Shown piece by piece: positions 62,970-64,000 of a stretch of DNA of 64,000 bases. Below the pieces are notes generated by a model that searched no databases, was not told the DNA's origin, and saw only the letters and a list, made by a program, of their open reading frames with translations. Each line of letters opens with the position of its first letter. Position 1 is the stretch's first letter. Location: assembly GCF_040938485.1 (NCBI RefSeq), contig NW_027271595.1, forward strand, positions 310,001 to 374,000, in the 5' to 3' direction. This stretch comes from Diadema antillarum. Its lineage: Eukaryota. Position numbers and translations under genes: made by a program.

Positions 62970-63829
62970 CTAAACTCCACTAATGACAGGGAGGCAGTCC
63001 CTCCAACCTCTCTGCAAGCGTCCACTAAGCATCTTAACGATGTCCTTGTACTTTTCGACGTCAGCCACGTTGTTGTTCTGCTCAGGGTCGAGTTCGTTGA
63101 CGTAAAGCTCCCGAGCTTTTACGTCGTTCCAGTCCCCTTCGAAAGTGGTGTTGCTGAAGCCGATCCATTCTGTATAGTGGTACTCAATCGTGCGCATCGA
63201 GTATCCCATGATGGTAATGTTGGCAAGGTGCGGAACGTCGGTTAGTTTCCCTGGATGCACGCTTGGGCGGGGGTACTGGCTAAAGGTTGCGTTCTTCCAT
63301 CGTTTAATTTTTTGCAAGCTCCTGCTGTCATTGGTCGTCCAGCGATCAGCAATGTAGTCCTCCATTATCAACGGAGCAAAGCTGACACCTTCTGCGCAGA
63401 AGTCGACATCGAATGAATTCGGAGGACATATCGGCGGGATGGTCAGGCCAGCAAGCTCTGACACGCTTGGAAATATGTCCACGAGTTCTACAAAGGCATC
63501 AACACTGACACCATGCTGATTACCTTTAGGTTCAAGTACGTCATTGCCTTCGCTTTTGGGACTGCGAAAGGGTAAACCAACAGGTAGGCCGGTGCTTTTC
63601 TTCCATGTTATCTTGTCGTCTCTAAACTTCTTCCATGACAGTGTGCCATCAGCCTTGTGATCTACCAGAACCCTGTTGGGGGCCTTGAGCGGGTCTTTCA
63701 GGGTGAATTTTTGGGCGGAAAGCCAGTTAGTATCTGTCACACCGGGAACGTGCACCATGAGCGGGACGCGGGTGGCCAGCTCGAAGTTTGAGAACTTGCA
63801 CCATTCACCGTGTTCACCAAGTTGCCAAC
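62970..63829 (-). CDS. IDS: Iduronate 2-sulfatase, terminal coding exon (gene continues beyond the window)
   Basis: GWQLGEHGEWCKFSNFELATRVPL, VELVDIFPSVSELAGL, CAEG, FSQYPRP, IMGYSMRT...YTEW, ELY...DPEQNNN; tcctcag acceptor at 63830. Confidence 0.92.
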
Positions 63830-64000
63830 CTGAGGACATCCAAAGTAATAACAACGGTCATCATAACAACTCTGCAAAGATGTCTGCCATTAATAGGAGC
63901 ACTTAATTGTCACCACAAATTTCCCGCTGCAACAAATTCCAAATGAAATTGGTTTCTTGGTATTTGATAAGCTGACAGGTGTCAAAGTTGACTCAATCTG

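Overview
Intron-containing animal genomic DNA. A sea urchin or other echinoderm is inferred from the SpAN/BP10-type genes. Positions 1-22.8 kb hold a tandem array of three + strand, 7-exon astacin metalloprotease genes (signal, pro, astacin, EGF, CUB, linker, CUB). Copy 3 lacks a visible exon 1 and is a mosaic of copy 1 (5' half) and copy 2 (3' half). All three 3'UTRs carry a pair of conserved CCGT-CNGGN-ACGG hairpins that resemble Smaug recognition elements. Positions 27.8-50.8 kb appear to be one ~23 kb intron-rich PIF/Harbinger transposon. It has TIRs, a CTG TSD, a 5-exon DDE transposase with two nonsense codons, a convergent Myb/SANT-like gene, and at least nine younger DNA-transposon insertions. 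Positions 52.8-64 kb hold MMAA (complete CDS, - strand) and the last coding exon of IDS (- strand). Intergenic DNA contains an L2/CR1-group LINE fragment, Penelope-type hammerhead ribozyme motifs, and many MITEs with diagnostic TSDs (Kolobok-, piggyBac-, Tc1/mariner-, Harbinger-, Academ-, Sola2- and P-like). There are two assembly gaps. All coordinates and alignments were read by eye.
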